Below the pieces are notes generated by a model that saw only the letters and a program-made list of their open reading frames with translations, was not told the DNA's origin and made no database searches. A stretch of 64,000 nt of DNA from Eukaryota sp. TZLM1-RC (Eukaryota; Protista; Metamonada: BaSk clade), in assembly GCA_040285825.1 (NCBI GenBank), contig JAUPSS010000002.1, positions 3,658,001-3,722,000 on the forward strand. Direction: 5' to 3'. Position numbers and translations under genes: made by a program. Positions 11,080 to 22,207 of the stretch are shown here, one piece after another. Each line of letters begins with the position of its first letter. The stretch's first letter is position 1.

Positions 11080-14000
11080 ATAGACGTGCAATCGAGTCAG
11101 TTGATCGACTCAAAGGTTGTTGCGCTATTGGTGGGGGTTAAGCCGAATAATTACTTATATTGTCTATCAAAAACTTTAAAAAAATGAATTAATTTATTTT
11201 CTCCCTCCCTTGGTCAACCCTCTCATATTTCACTTTCTGTCACGGCGTCAAAGTCGTACTGTGTCTTTGCCAAAACGATGCCAGTGACTGACAGTGACTC
11301 TGATACTGATTGGAATGCCCAAGTGAAGGTTGTACCCGTCAGATCAAGCTCATCCCCTTCATTCCTCCACTCTCCCCACCCTCCAAGCTATGCTCGAAAT
11401 TCTTCTCAAAAAAATTCAATTCAAATAATGATCAGCGTGCCGCAAAAAACACAAAACTCTCAAAAAATGTTCCCCGTTGCTCATCCTGTCATAAAGTTGG
11501 TCATAAAAAGAATTCTAAAAAATGTGAAAATTATCAAAATCCATCTACTTCTTATTCTGTAACTGCCGCTGCTGCTGAATTAAATAATTTAGAATTTAAT
11601 TTACCTCCCAAAGATGAGTGCACTGCAGAAGACAATGATGCAGTGATGTTAGATATTCCCCTTGAAGCAAGTCAAATTGATAATTGTGCTATTTGTAATG
11701 AAAAAGCTGAAAGATATATTTTAAAAAATAATTTATATGTATGCCATGTTTGCTCCTCGCTTGATACATTACGGCCTCCATGTAAGATTCCGAATGTTCT
11801 CAGTCCCAAGGCTTCCATTCCCTTTTCTGTTGCGTTTAGAACATTCAGTCTTGCTTTGAAAAAAGGAGAATGGGATGTTTTTTCTATTTGGAAATTCTTC
11901 CTTGAACAAAAATCAGGTTCTCGTCCCCAAAAGGTTTTCACTCCAAAAAAACAACCCAAGAATAAGACTGTACGAAAACTTTTGCTACGTGGGAGATATT
12001 GTTCAGGGAAAAACGCTCTGTTTTCATCTGATCTTGCTCCTGTGACTGATGAAACTGTAAATCAATTAGTAGATCTGCATCCAGCTGAATTTCTTAATTT
12101 GGATAATCCATCTGCTTCACAATTTTGGAAACAAAATCCACTTTCTGAAAAAGAAGTTGAAACTGCCATTTTTCGTCTTCCATCTGGAAAAGCTCCAGGT
12201 CCATCTGGAATAACTTTTGATATGCTGAAATCTGTGTGCCGCCAAAATTCCTTTATTATTAAAGATTTATGTTCCTTTTTTCAAGATGTTTTGACAATGA
12301 AAATTGTTCCACCCAAAGAATTAAGTGCATCACGGTTAGTGGCTTTAACTAAACCTAATGGAAAAGTTCGCCCAATTGCCATTGGTGAAGCCATTTATCG
12401 CTTGATGTCTTCAGTAATTTTTAATCGAGTTTCAACAAAAGCTAAAGAATACTTTTCTCCATTCCAATATGGAATCAAAACTATAGATGGAGCTTCAGTT
12501 GCAGCTTTGACATCTGATCTGTTTTTCAATTGTCACGAAAATAGTTGCATTTTTAATCTTGATTTCAAAAATGCTTTCAATTCAGTGAAAAGAGATTCAA
12601 TTTGGAAAGAAATCAAATCAAATTTTCCTGAACTCGAAACTTTTTTTTATAGGTTTTATGGTAATTCATCTGATTTAATTTTTAATTCTTTTAATCTGGA
12701 TTCTTTATCAGGAGTTAAACAAGGAGACCCTTTAGGTCCTTTCTTTTTTTGTCTTGCAATTCACCCAATTTTGAAAAAATTAAAAGAAGAAAATTCTGAC
12801 CTTCAAGTGGTAGCCTACATGGATGACATTTCTTGTATTGGTCCAGAAAGTACAATTAATAGGGTTGCTAAAGAAGCTGCTACATTATACCAATCCATAG
12901 GTCTTGAGTTGAATGTTCAAAAATGTTTTTGTATTTCTAGGAAAAATGTAAAGTTAATAATTAATTCCCTTGAAGTTCCATATATTGATTATACTTCAAC
13001 TAGTTTCTGCTTTCTTGGTTGCTATTTAGGTTCCGCCGAAAAAACACTTGATAGCCTTGAAACTTATTTAAATTCAATTAAAAAAGAGCTAGAAGTCATA
13101 AAGACTCTTGAATTGGAAAAACATCTTAAGTTTTTTCTTTTGAAAATTTGTTATGCTGGAAAAATTACTCATTTACTGAGATCATTACCTCCATCCCTAA
13201 CTTACAATTTTTGTAGACAATTTAACAAAATACGTACCCAATTTTTGGCTTATTTAATGTCTGTTGATCCATCAATTTTGAAAAATCATATTTTTTCTGA
13301 TGTTCAACTTGGCGGTGTTGGATTCAATTCATCAAAATATTTGACCAAAGCTGCATTTATTGGTGGTGGAAAAAATTTTGTATTTGAATTCTCCAGAAGA
13401 TATCCTTTTGCCGAAAATCTTCTTGAAACTACAAATAGCCTATTCCTCGATAACTTAAGAGAAGAAATTTCCAGTTTATCTCCCGACTTATGGCAATCAT
13501 GTTTCCCCATATCCATTCAAGAAATTCCAGACAGAAGTTTGTATTCATTAAAATTTGCGTTGAAAAAGCTCCAACGACATCTTTTGAAAAAATTTGAAAG
13601 CAAGGATTTTATTGTTCGACCTAGCACGGCTAAGAAAGAAAATCCTGCTTTTGCCAATTTTTTGATTGATTTGAAGGACAGTTCATCTGCAGTTTTGATA
13701 AATCAAATGCCCCAGATTTATGGCTTAATTTTGAATGACGACCAATGGACCACTGCTATGAGAATGCGTTGTTATTTATGGCCTTGTAATTTGCCCAATG
13801 ATATGTTTTGCAAAAGTGGAGTTGGTTTGACATTATCACATTTATTTAATTGTAATAGATTTATTTCCTATCGTTCTACGTTGCATGATGCAGTCAGAGA
13901 TCAAATCCATGCAATGTGTAATTCCTATCATATTGAATCTTTTGTAGAACCTTTGTTGAGGTCTCTTGATATAAATGAAAACGTAAGATATTCAGAATAT

Positions 14001-14519
14001 GGAAAACGACGTGCTGCTGTTGTTGTGCCCTCGTTTGATGATGTCATGAATGTTGTTGATGTCGTAACAGTGGATGTTTGCAAGAAAAATGCCTTGAAAA
14101 ATGCTCAATCCGAAGTATCCCCCCTTGATGACTCCGAATTGTACAAACGGAAAAAGTATGCAAATCCTTTAAAAGAATTGAAACATGTTCGCCATGTAGA
14201 TTACCAAATTTGCCCATTTGCTATATCGTTGTATGGTCGTCTTGGAAAAACTGCTATGAATTTTATTGATGATTTTGAAAATCTTGTGAAAAGAAGAATG
14301 AATAAGCGTTTTGATCGTCGCTTGTGGCTAAATCGTATTGTTTTTACTATTTTCAAATCAATTCCCAAAATGATTTCGAAAGCTTTGATGTCTGTCAGTG
14401 CACATTACGAAGAAATTGCTGTTGTGAGGTTTGATGGTGTGGAAGCTTGTTTTGAAGATATTGACTTTTAGACTGTAGTTTAATAATAAATTAAAATTTT
14501 TCAAAAAAAATTAAAAAAA
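11080..14519 (+). mobile_element. Near full-length RLE-type (CRE/SLACS-like) non-LTR retrotransposon, single ORF
   Basis: ATG at 11278 with one probable frameshift in the A7 run near 11408, then open to 14471. Contains a CSSCHKVGH knuckle, CAIC..CHVC, RT (APGPSG, KQGDPLGP, AYMDD), a C-terminal knuckle and RLE; AATAAA and an A-rich tail follow the stop. Boundaries approximate. Confidence 0.95.
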
Positions 14520-14879
14520 TGTCTTCACTGATAGTTGAGAATTTTGAATAATTTACTCTACAACAAAACCAAAAGCTCTACACTGTTGAAGATTCTCGAC
14601 ACTGACCTAAACATGATGATGATTCGGAAATAAGGTTCATCCATAAAATCGAATATGTCAATTCCATTTTGCCAATATTCACGAATCAAATTTCATTTTG
14701 TTCAATCTTTAACAGCAAAGCTGAAAGTAGGCAAGAAATTCTCAACTCCCTTACTAAACTATATATCGGAGGAACGAAAAAACAAAAGGGATGTAAAAAA
14801 CACAAATTTATTCCTGGAACAGACACTTTTTAAAATCATAGCTAATGGTTTAACCTACTCAGAGTCTGTCAATTGAATT

Positions 14880-15300
14880 ACGCGAGATACTCGCTATTCA
14901 CTTGAACAGCAACTCGTGTGGTCTAAAACTCCGTAATGTTATTCAAAATGGAGTTGATATAACGAGGAAGAGCTTTGAATAACGAAAATACAATTCTGTT
15001 CTTCCAAATCAACAATTAAAAAAATCAATACACAACCACTTTCTTTGAGAAGTTTTCCTAAATCATCCAAAAAGTTTAGAACTTCAATTCAAATGGTATT
15101 TTACATAGGGATATAAAATATATGGCCTGAGAATTTTCATCAACACAAGAAGTAAGGTTTGTGTGCAATTGTGTTTTCTTCTCATGCATCAGATTTAATC
15201 AAGTGTTCAATTAGACACAGTCAACATGGTATCTAAAGTGGTGAAGCTTCAGAGAAAACTCAATTGACCCTTGTCACAGCATTAAAAGCTCTATTGTAAC
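14880..15300 (-). mobile_element. RLE non-LTR retrotransposon 3' remnant (family 3)
   Basis: Clear nucleotide match to 17180-17380 (aacgaaaatacaattctgttcttccaaatc, cacaaccactttctttgagaag). Confidence 0.8.
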
Positions 15301-16076
15301 GATTAATGTTATTGTTGGGGTCTCTGATAAATAAATTAATAGTGGTATTTGAAGGATTACACTCGTCAGATTACCTAAATTTTGGTTGTTGACATTATTA
15401 TAAATTTAACTTCTGATTGTAACAAAATGTTCAAGCATTTCATGATTTGTAAACAAAAGAGGTTTCTTTTGATGACACATGATCACACTTAAAATCAAGA
15501 AACTAAAAGAAACTTGAATTATTGATGTTAAATCTTGGGGGTGGCCCCTTAAACCCCTGAATTCTGTGCCAATGTCATTTAGACTTCCTTTCCGTCTTGG
15601 ACGCGTTTATGAAAGAAAAACCTCCAGTCAATTCTTCTTTGCCGACTTGGGTTATGAAGACATAGAATTTTAACCTGGTCGTATAGTTGATTTTTTATTG
15701 GAATAAATATAAAAGTAATAAAAAAAGAAGCGCAAAAAGAAAAAGCTTTACCAACATTGTTTTTTCCAGACAACCAAGTATTATGTAGATATAATTCAAA
15801 ATGATTTGTTTCAGGAATTTGGAATATAGATGATTTTACCTTATGTAACTGTGAAAAACACTAAAAAAATATCAAATCGTTTTAAATAAAAATATTTAAA
15901 TATAAAGAATCAATTGAAAAAAATCGGCGCATCCAACTAAACAAACGATCGATAATCAATTTCAATTCTTAATTAAAAACTTTCTGATTTCAAACGAATT
16001 CATTTCTAATTTCTATTTAATTTTTTGTTCATTATTGTGATCATTTCATTTTCATTTATTTCATTAAATACTTTAC

Positions 16077-17018
16077 TTAATATCTTCTATAATAGTCTCT
16101 CCCGCCTCTATAACTTGAATCAAAACCCGATCTGTCGGAATACCCCGATCGATCGGAATAACTTCTTGGATAAGGATCCCTATAAGAATCACTAAAACTC
16201 CTGCGTGGTGAGCCATAAGCACCACCTCTTCTTGGTGGATAACCATAATCCCTTGAATAATCTCTACCATAATCCCTTCTACCATAGGGTTCAGGTGGAG
16301 GGAAGCGAGAGGAAGGTCGTCGTGAAGGTCCAAAACGGTCGCCATAAGGACGTCGTCTGTCCATTGGTCTGGTCCTTCCTTTGTAATAACCAGGGGTGGG
16401 ATCATGAGGTCTTAATGTTTTGGAAAAATCAACCCTAACCACGTTTGGAGAAGTTCCAATCGTGAGTGGCTCCTCGTTGATTCTATTAAGAGCAGCAGTG
16501 GCCGTGTCCACGTCTGAAAAGTTGACAAAGGCGAATCCCTTACAGTTTCCAGTGTTGCGGTCTATTGGAACTGTAACAGAGATAGGATTGAAGCCAATAC
16601 TGGAGAAGGCACCAATAACGGCATCATCAGTGGTGGAATGTCCAAGGTTGAAAAGAGCTAGTACGTTGCAGGGAGCGGCGGCTTCGGTGTGGGAGGGAGG
16701 ATGGGGAGCATGGTGGTGGGTAGAGATTGGTGGGTTATTATCCCAGGAAGAGTGAGAAGAGGGGGGATGGCGGCGGTCGGACGAAGCCCAAGGATCTTGA
16801 GAAGGAGGGGGAGAGCTCCAGGATTGCCGTGGTGATTGATCTGCAGGGGCCTCCCATGGTTCATGTCGTGGAGGAGGTGCATCCCATGAAGAACCACGTT
16901 GATGTGGAGAACCTTGAGACGGTGGAGGGGCATCCCACGACGAACCCTGTGGATCCCGGGGAGGGTCTTGTGATGGATTTAGTGCAGAGTCTGGTGGAGC
17001 ATGAGTTCCCCAAGCCAT
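16077..17018 (-). CDS. TRA2: Transformer-2-like RRM/SR splicing factor
   Basis: RNP2 LALFNL, RNP1 KGFAFVNF and the TRA2-type post-RRM motif RVDFSKTLRPHDPTPGYYKGR; RS/RD/RY-rich C-terminus. Confidence 0.8.
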   Translation of the reverse strand: MAWGTHAPPDSALNPSQDPPRDPQGSSWDAPPPSQGSPHQRGSSWDAPPPRHEPWEAPADQSPRQSWSSPPPSQDPWASSDRRHPPSSHSSWDNNPPISTHHHAPHPPSHTEAAAPCNVLALFNLGHSTTDDAVIGAFSSIGFNPISVTVPIDRNTGNCKGFAFVNFSDVDTATAALNRINEEPLTIGTSPNVVRVDFSKTLRPHDPTPGYYKGRTRPMDRRRPYGDRFGPSRRPSSRFPPPEPYGRRDYGRDYSRDYGYPPRRGGAYGSPRRSFSDSYRDPYPRSYSDRSGYSDRSGFDSSYRGGRDYYRRY

Positions 17019-17161
17019 TGTTTCAAATGATGTCTATAACAATGATTCTTTTTACACCAATTTAGAGGGACTGAGTTTTATAAATATTTTATTCCTGGAA
17101 CAATCACTTTTTACAACTCAACAACAAACCTTATTTAATACTTTTTCTACTACGAAATCTA

Positions 17162-17930
17162 TCAACTAAGTGACGGGAGATTTTCGCTATTCACTTGTAT
17201 AGCAACTCGATTGTTATAAAACTCCGTAATATTATTCAAAATGGAGTTATCACGAGGAAAAGCTTTCAATAACGAAAATACAATTCTGTTCTTCCAAATC
17301 CAAAAATCAAAAAAAATCAATACACAACCACTTTCTTTGAGAAGTTTCCCTAAATCATCTAAAAAATGAAGACCTTCACTTCCAATGGTACCAAAAATTG
17401 ATATAGCAATTGGAACAAATCTGATGTTTCTACCTCTTGTTCGATTGAGAGGTTGACGAAGAACTTCGTATTTTGATTTCTTGGAATGTTCTGCAAATTT
17501 AATTAAATGTTGAATGTCAGAATTAAAACTCCTTTTCCACGGAGATATGGTGGTACAATCGATTATTAGTTCAGTTCCATCATACATAGCACATTGAATT
17601 TATAGTAGTATTGTGTAGTAAATACACAATGTTTAAATACACAATGTTTTGGATACACAATCCAAAAATCATGACCCCAAAAACTGAGCTCTTTTGGTCA
17701 AATATTGATTAACATAATGAGTTGTCAAATATGAAGGAATGGAACGAATAAAGTGGTTAATTTTTGAACCAAAACATAGTCTATCAACAAGAAATTTGAT
17801 ATGTTTTTTTAAAGGTAAATTTTGAATTTGTTCGAGTTCAGCAGAAGCTTTTTCAACCATTTGTTCCAGCGACTGAGCAATACATTCCTCTTTACCTTTC
17901 AATGTTCCCAACAATTCAACAAGACAGAAT
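17162..17930 (-). mobile_element. RLE non-LTR retrotransposon fragments (family 3): RT thumb region and RLE C-terminus
   Basis: LGT...KHIKFLVDRLCFGSKINHFIRS and IIDCTTISP...AEHSKKSKY...FVPIAISIFG...WKNRIVFSL. Confidence 0.85.
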
Positions 17931-17932
17931 TT

Positions 17933-20900
17933 TTAAGAAATATAATTCTCCCCTTGATACTGTACCTTCTTTGAACCTTTGTTAACCTTGACTCTCTGTA
18001 GGTATCCTGGTTTATTTCCACCTTTAAGATGTGCTTCCATCACTGCCAACTTATTCAGCGAAGCATTTCGATCTCTATTCCACAAACTTTCACATGATTT
18101 ACTCGTGGTAAGCCCGTGACGAATAGACATCTCATGCCTTTTCCATGGCCTAGGATTTCTGCACCATTGGAATGTTTCAACTGTTTTCTCCGCTATCTTA
18201 CAGTTGAAACAACAGCAACTGGTTCGAAACTCATTAATTAAAAAGACCTCATAACCAGCCGTTTTAAATGAAATTCTCAAACCTTTTCCTCTTGTAGGTT
18301 TTTTGAATTTCATGTGTTTTTGTTGTTCTCAGTCTCCAATTCCGATAACAACTTGGCCTGGATCACCAATTACTGATTTCAATCTCTGGATCATCTTCGC
18401 CTCTGATCTTGTGCGATTAATCTCAGCCCACCATCTTAATGACCTAAATATTTTTTGATGATAGATCTCACCAACACTATATCTATATTTATTGAACATG
18501 CACACTAAAATAAGTTGATTCAATACTAATGGGACGACTATCATTGAACCAAGATTTCCTCTACAAAATCTTGATCTGCTTGCTGTCTAGCTAAAGCTTC
18601 TCAAATTCGATTGAAAAACCGAGGAAATCTATTATTAATGGCAAATTGAATCCGTGAACGCCATAAAAAATATCAAATATTTTCATTGTTTTTCCTTGAA
18701 CCATTTTTTGGAAGTCATTCAAAAAGGTTTCTGCTTCATCTGATAATCTTCCATTTATCGAAAATGGGAAAGCAATAAAAACCAGCTGTGTATTTCTATC
18801 GGCATTAGCCTCTTCAATATCTTTATCATATTTTCTGTGTTTCTCTTTTGCTTTAAAATCAAGAGCAGTCACAGGATTAAGTTTTCTTCTGTGAACCAAA
18901 GTATCATTTGCAACATTACATGAGACAAAGTCAACAATAGCTTCAGAATTATCAATCCAATCACAGTATACATCCCCTCTATCATCAGAACCAAAATTAT
19001 TCAGAGACAGTGTTTCCTTCAGCAGGGGCTCTTTGATACACGATATTCTTGCAGTTTGTGCCATAATGAAAACAGTGTTTCTAACAGCATCATGTAATGA
19101 AGAACGATAAGTTACCAATTAGAACAATTCAGAGCATAGCGCAAAGCGAGTTGAGGTGAATTCGAACAAATACATTTTTCTTTTGATAATAATTGATTAA
19201 TGGGGATATTCAAATATAATCTCATTTTTGTTACAAATGCTTCTTTAGTGGCACACAAACCAAATCTTCGTGGTGCAATGGTTACAAAAAGTGAAGAATC
19301 TGATGACTTATTTTCACAAACAACCTTTTCCAATAACAATGAGTGAAGATTTTGATTTAAAACAGCCGAGCTGCATATTTCATTATAAAAATCATTTTCA
19401 TACATTCCAGTCAATCGTTTCTGTAATGTTCGAAGAGTGTATTTTAAATTTAAAACATTCTTTTCTGGAATATTGCCATTGAATGATTGGGGAAAGCATC
19501 GGTTTCATTTTTCTGCATCAATTTTTGAAATTTCTTCATTTAATGCAAAAACAGTGGAACTTTGCGTTGTCATCAATAAATCTTCCCAATCTGCAAATCT
19601 TTCGGAAAACTCAAAGATTGAGTCTCTGCATCCACCAACAAAAGCACACGAAGTAAAAATAGAAGCCTTCGTCCAACCTAAACCGCCATAATGTGGACTA
19701 AGATAAGCATGGTCTGGAATTTGGAACATTTTACATCCCAGTAATTGTGACAAAACTTTTGCACGGAACTCATTAAACTTTTGAGCCAAAGGCCTAGTGA
19801 CAAGATGATTTGTAGATCGAAATATATGATTGAAGTTATTCAAATTTAATGAGTCATCAATTTCGTGGGGAATATTGATTTATTGAGGTACTTCACCTCT
19901 CAATAAACTAATTGTTCTATTCAGTCATTTGATTAATTTTACTGCTGTTTAAATCAATTCTTTGTTGCTGCTCTTTAGATGGTTCATAATTAAATAGATC
20001 AATCACTCTACCAGTAGAGTTACTTATTGTGATAAGAGTCTCATTCCGTATGATGTCTCTAATTCTCTTGAATTTGGAACTTTTCGCCTCAAATCTTCAT
20101 TGATTTTGAGTGTACCTGAAATCAACAAATTTATCTCTCTCAGTTTTTTTTGAATGAGTATGCCAGTAGCTAAATTAGCAGAAAAGTAGAGTAGATCAGA
20201 TTTCCCTGGATCAGCAGCAGCAAGGGTCATATTTTGAAATTCAGAAGGATTAATACTGGGATCATCAATATCAATATTTCAAAATCAATATTCCTTTATC
20301 TTTCAATTCTTTTGCAGTTACTTTGTATTTTTTCTAGTCATATCCAGATTGAATGAATGATACCGCTATTCCATCAGTCTCGATACTAGACATGATGTAC
20401 TTGGAACCTTCTGAATCAAGTTTAGTGTTTTTAATCTTATCCATTTTCAAAAAGGTATTCCATAAAACAAAATCACCAGCTCAATTATTGCATTGGTAGG
20501 ACGACCTGTGACCAATAACGTCCTTGAATTCGACAAAGGACGAATTCTATAAACTTGTCTTGTCAATTCTGATATACAAGAAAATGCAAGAATTCTTCAA
20601 AGGCAGAGCATGAAAAAGTTTGCTCTCCTCTTCTTCTAAATAATTATTAATATAAAACATTGCCCTCATATACAAATTTGATTTTGATGAAAAATCCAAT
20701 TTTGAATAATTTTCCCTTTTGGAAGAGGGACCCAGTCATTAATGAAAAGCGAATTAATTGATGAGACTTTGTTTCTCAATGCAGAAGTTTCGTCATCAAT
20801 ATCTCTACATCCTTCTAGAAGAAGAGATTTAACTTTGCTGATGAGTAATAAAAAGTATTTCTTATCTTGCTTTTTCAGAACATTGTTGTTTCTAAACAAC

Positions 20901-21000
20901 ATAGAAAACATGAAAAACCGATCCAAGTAACTAAAGAAGTGCTCTTGGATGTTATTTATCTATCCAAGCCATCATTAAGATACTGATATATAAAATGCTT
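17933..21000 (-). pseudogene. Fanzor1 nuclease pseudogene, interrupted by a non-LTR insertion
   Basis: INNIQEHFFSYLDRF (~20950), AADPGKSDLLYF (RuvC-I, ~20210), IFRSLRWWAEINRTRSEAKMI...VVIGIGD, PTRGKGLR...FLINEFRTSCCCFNC (RuvC-II), RHGL...LWNRDRNASLN (RuvC-III). Confidence 0.9.
18480..19850 (-). mobile_element. RLE non-LTR retrotransposon (family 2), 5'-truncated, nested in the Fanzor
   Basis: GGLGWT, CICSNSPQLALRYALNC, LHDAVRN...EPLL...DDRGDV...IVDFV...KEKHRKY; 3' UTR gatagtcgtcccattagta...aataaa. Confidence 0.9.
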
Positions 21001-21387
21001 TAGCACTTGGAGAATTTATTTCCTATCACCAATCAATGTGAACTACCGAGGCTGCAACACTTTTAAGTCACCTCCTGTTGTGTTTTTATCATTCTACTCC
21101 ATCAGACAACCTTATACGAGATTCAAGCGGAAAATATGCGGTATGAGCAATTGCCAGTTGGATGTCTTAGTTCTATATAATTGGATTGTCTTGAAAAACC
21201 TCAATTTTCCTCTGTTTACAGACACTTACATCACTGGTGACATTTCAATACATTCAATACATTAGGACGTCAATTACACGATGCTTCACATAGTAGATCC
21301 AAAAATAAATCCTAATTATTGCTAAATACATAAAACTATTAATTCTTTATTAATTTATTACTCTTTAAATAAGCAAAATGAATCACA

Positions 21388-22143
21388 CTACAACCTCAGT
21401 CTCGCGACCTCTGAAGAAAGTCGTTCATTTTGAGCGACCAACTTACGAACCTTTCGAGACAGTGCTGAATTCTCATCTCTTAGTATCTGAACAGTGCTTT
21501 TCAACTGAGAATTCCGCCTGGATAACTCCCCAACTGTATCACGTAACCTATCACGTTCCTTTTTGACCTCTTTGGTTTGGGTTTTGAAAGTGGAAAACAT
21601 GTCCCTCCTATCTAATTCTTCTTCCCTTTCTAGCAACATTTGTTCCTTTTCCTCAAGATAAAGAGCTAAATCACTGAGTTCCGTACTGACCTCAGAAAGT
21701 AAGGTTGCTTCGGTTTGAAGTTCGGCACCAGGCGTCTGAGTAGAAACATTACATGGTGACGTTGTTTGATTGGAAAAATGATTGGAAAATGAATGACAAC
21801 TGGAATTTACATCTCCGGATAGATCTTTGACGGAATTAGAATGGCAAGTAATCGGTGCAATGTTGGTGTTAAGAGATGGATCTTGATTAGACTGCATCGG
21901 TGGCAGTGGTGGAAGGGAATGCTGAGGTGGATGTAACTGTTGAGGTTCTGAATTATGTGTTGGGCTCGGATCCTGTTCCTCCTCACTAGTGGATGATAGA
22001 GACAGTGAGAGATCATGACTCGAAGAAACAGGGGAATTGGGAGGTGGTAAAGGATTAATCACCAAATCCTCAGGTAAGCGATATTGTCCATTGAGAACAA
22101 TTGTTTGCGAGTGTAGTATGTTGAGTAGTTCGTCATCATCCAT
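21388..22143 (-). CDS. Hypothetical protein with a C-terminal coiled coil
   Basis: 251-aa ORF; low-complexity S/P N-terminal half, heptad-rich C-terminal half; divergent from GCN1. Confidence 0.75.
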   Translation of the reverse strand: MDDDELLNILHSQTIVLNGQYRLPEDLVINPLPPPNSPVSSSHDLSLSLSSTSEEEQDPSPTHNSEPQQLHPPQHSLPPLPPMQSNQDPSLNTNIAPITCHSNSVKDLSGDVNSSCHSFSNHFSNQTTSPCNVSTQTPGAELQTEATLLSEVSTELSDLALYLEEKEQMLLEREEELDRRDMFSTFKTQTKEVKKERDRLRDTVGELSRRNSQLKSTVQILRDENSALSRKVRKLVAQNERLSSEVARLRL

Positions 22144-22207
22144 TCTTACAGATATTGTCTAGAACATTGAAGAAAATCTGAAATTTAAACAAAACAAAAC
22201 TTTTTTG

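Noticed and set aside
19879-19908. Hairpin TTTATTGAG...CTCAATAAA
   Set aside because: AT-rich, lies within decayed Fanzor coding sequence near a LINE junction, and has no second copy to support a function.
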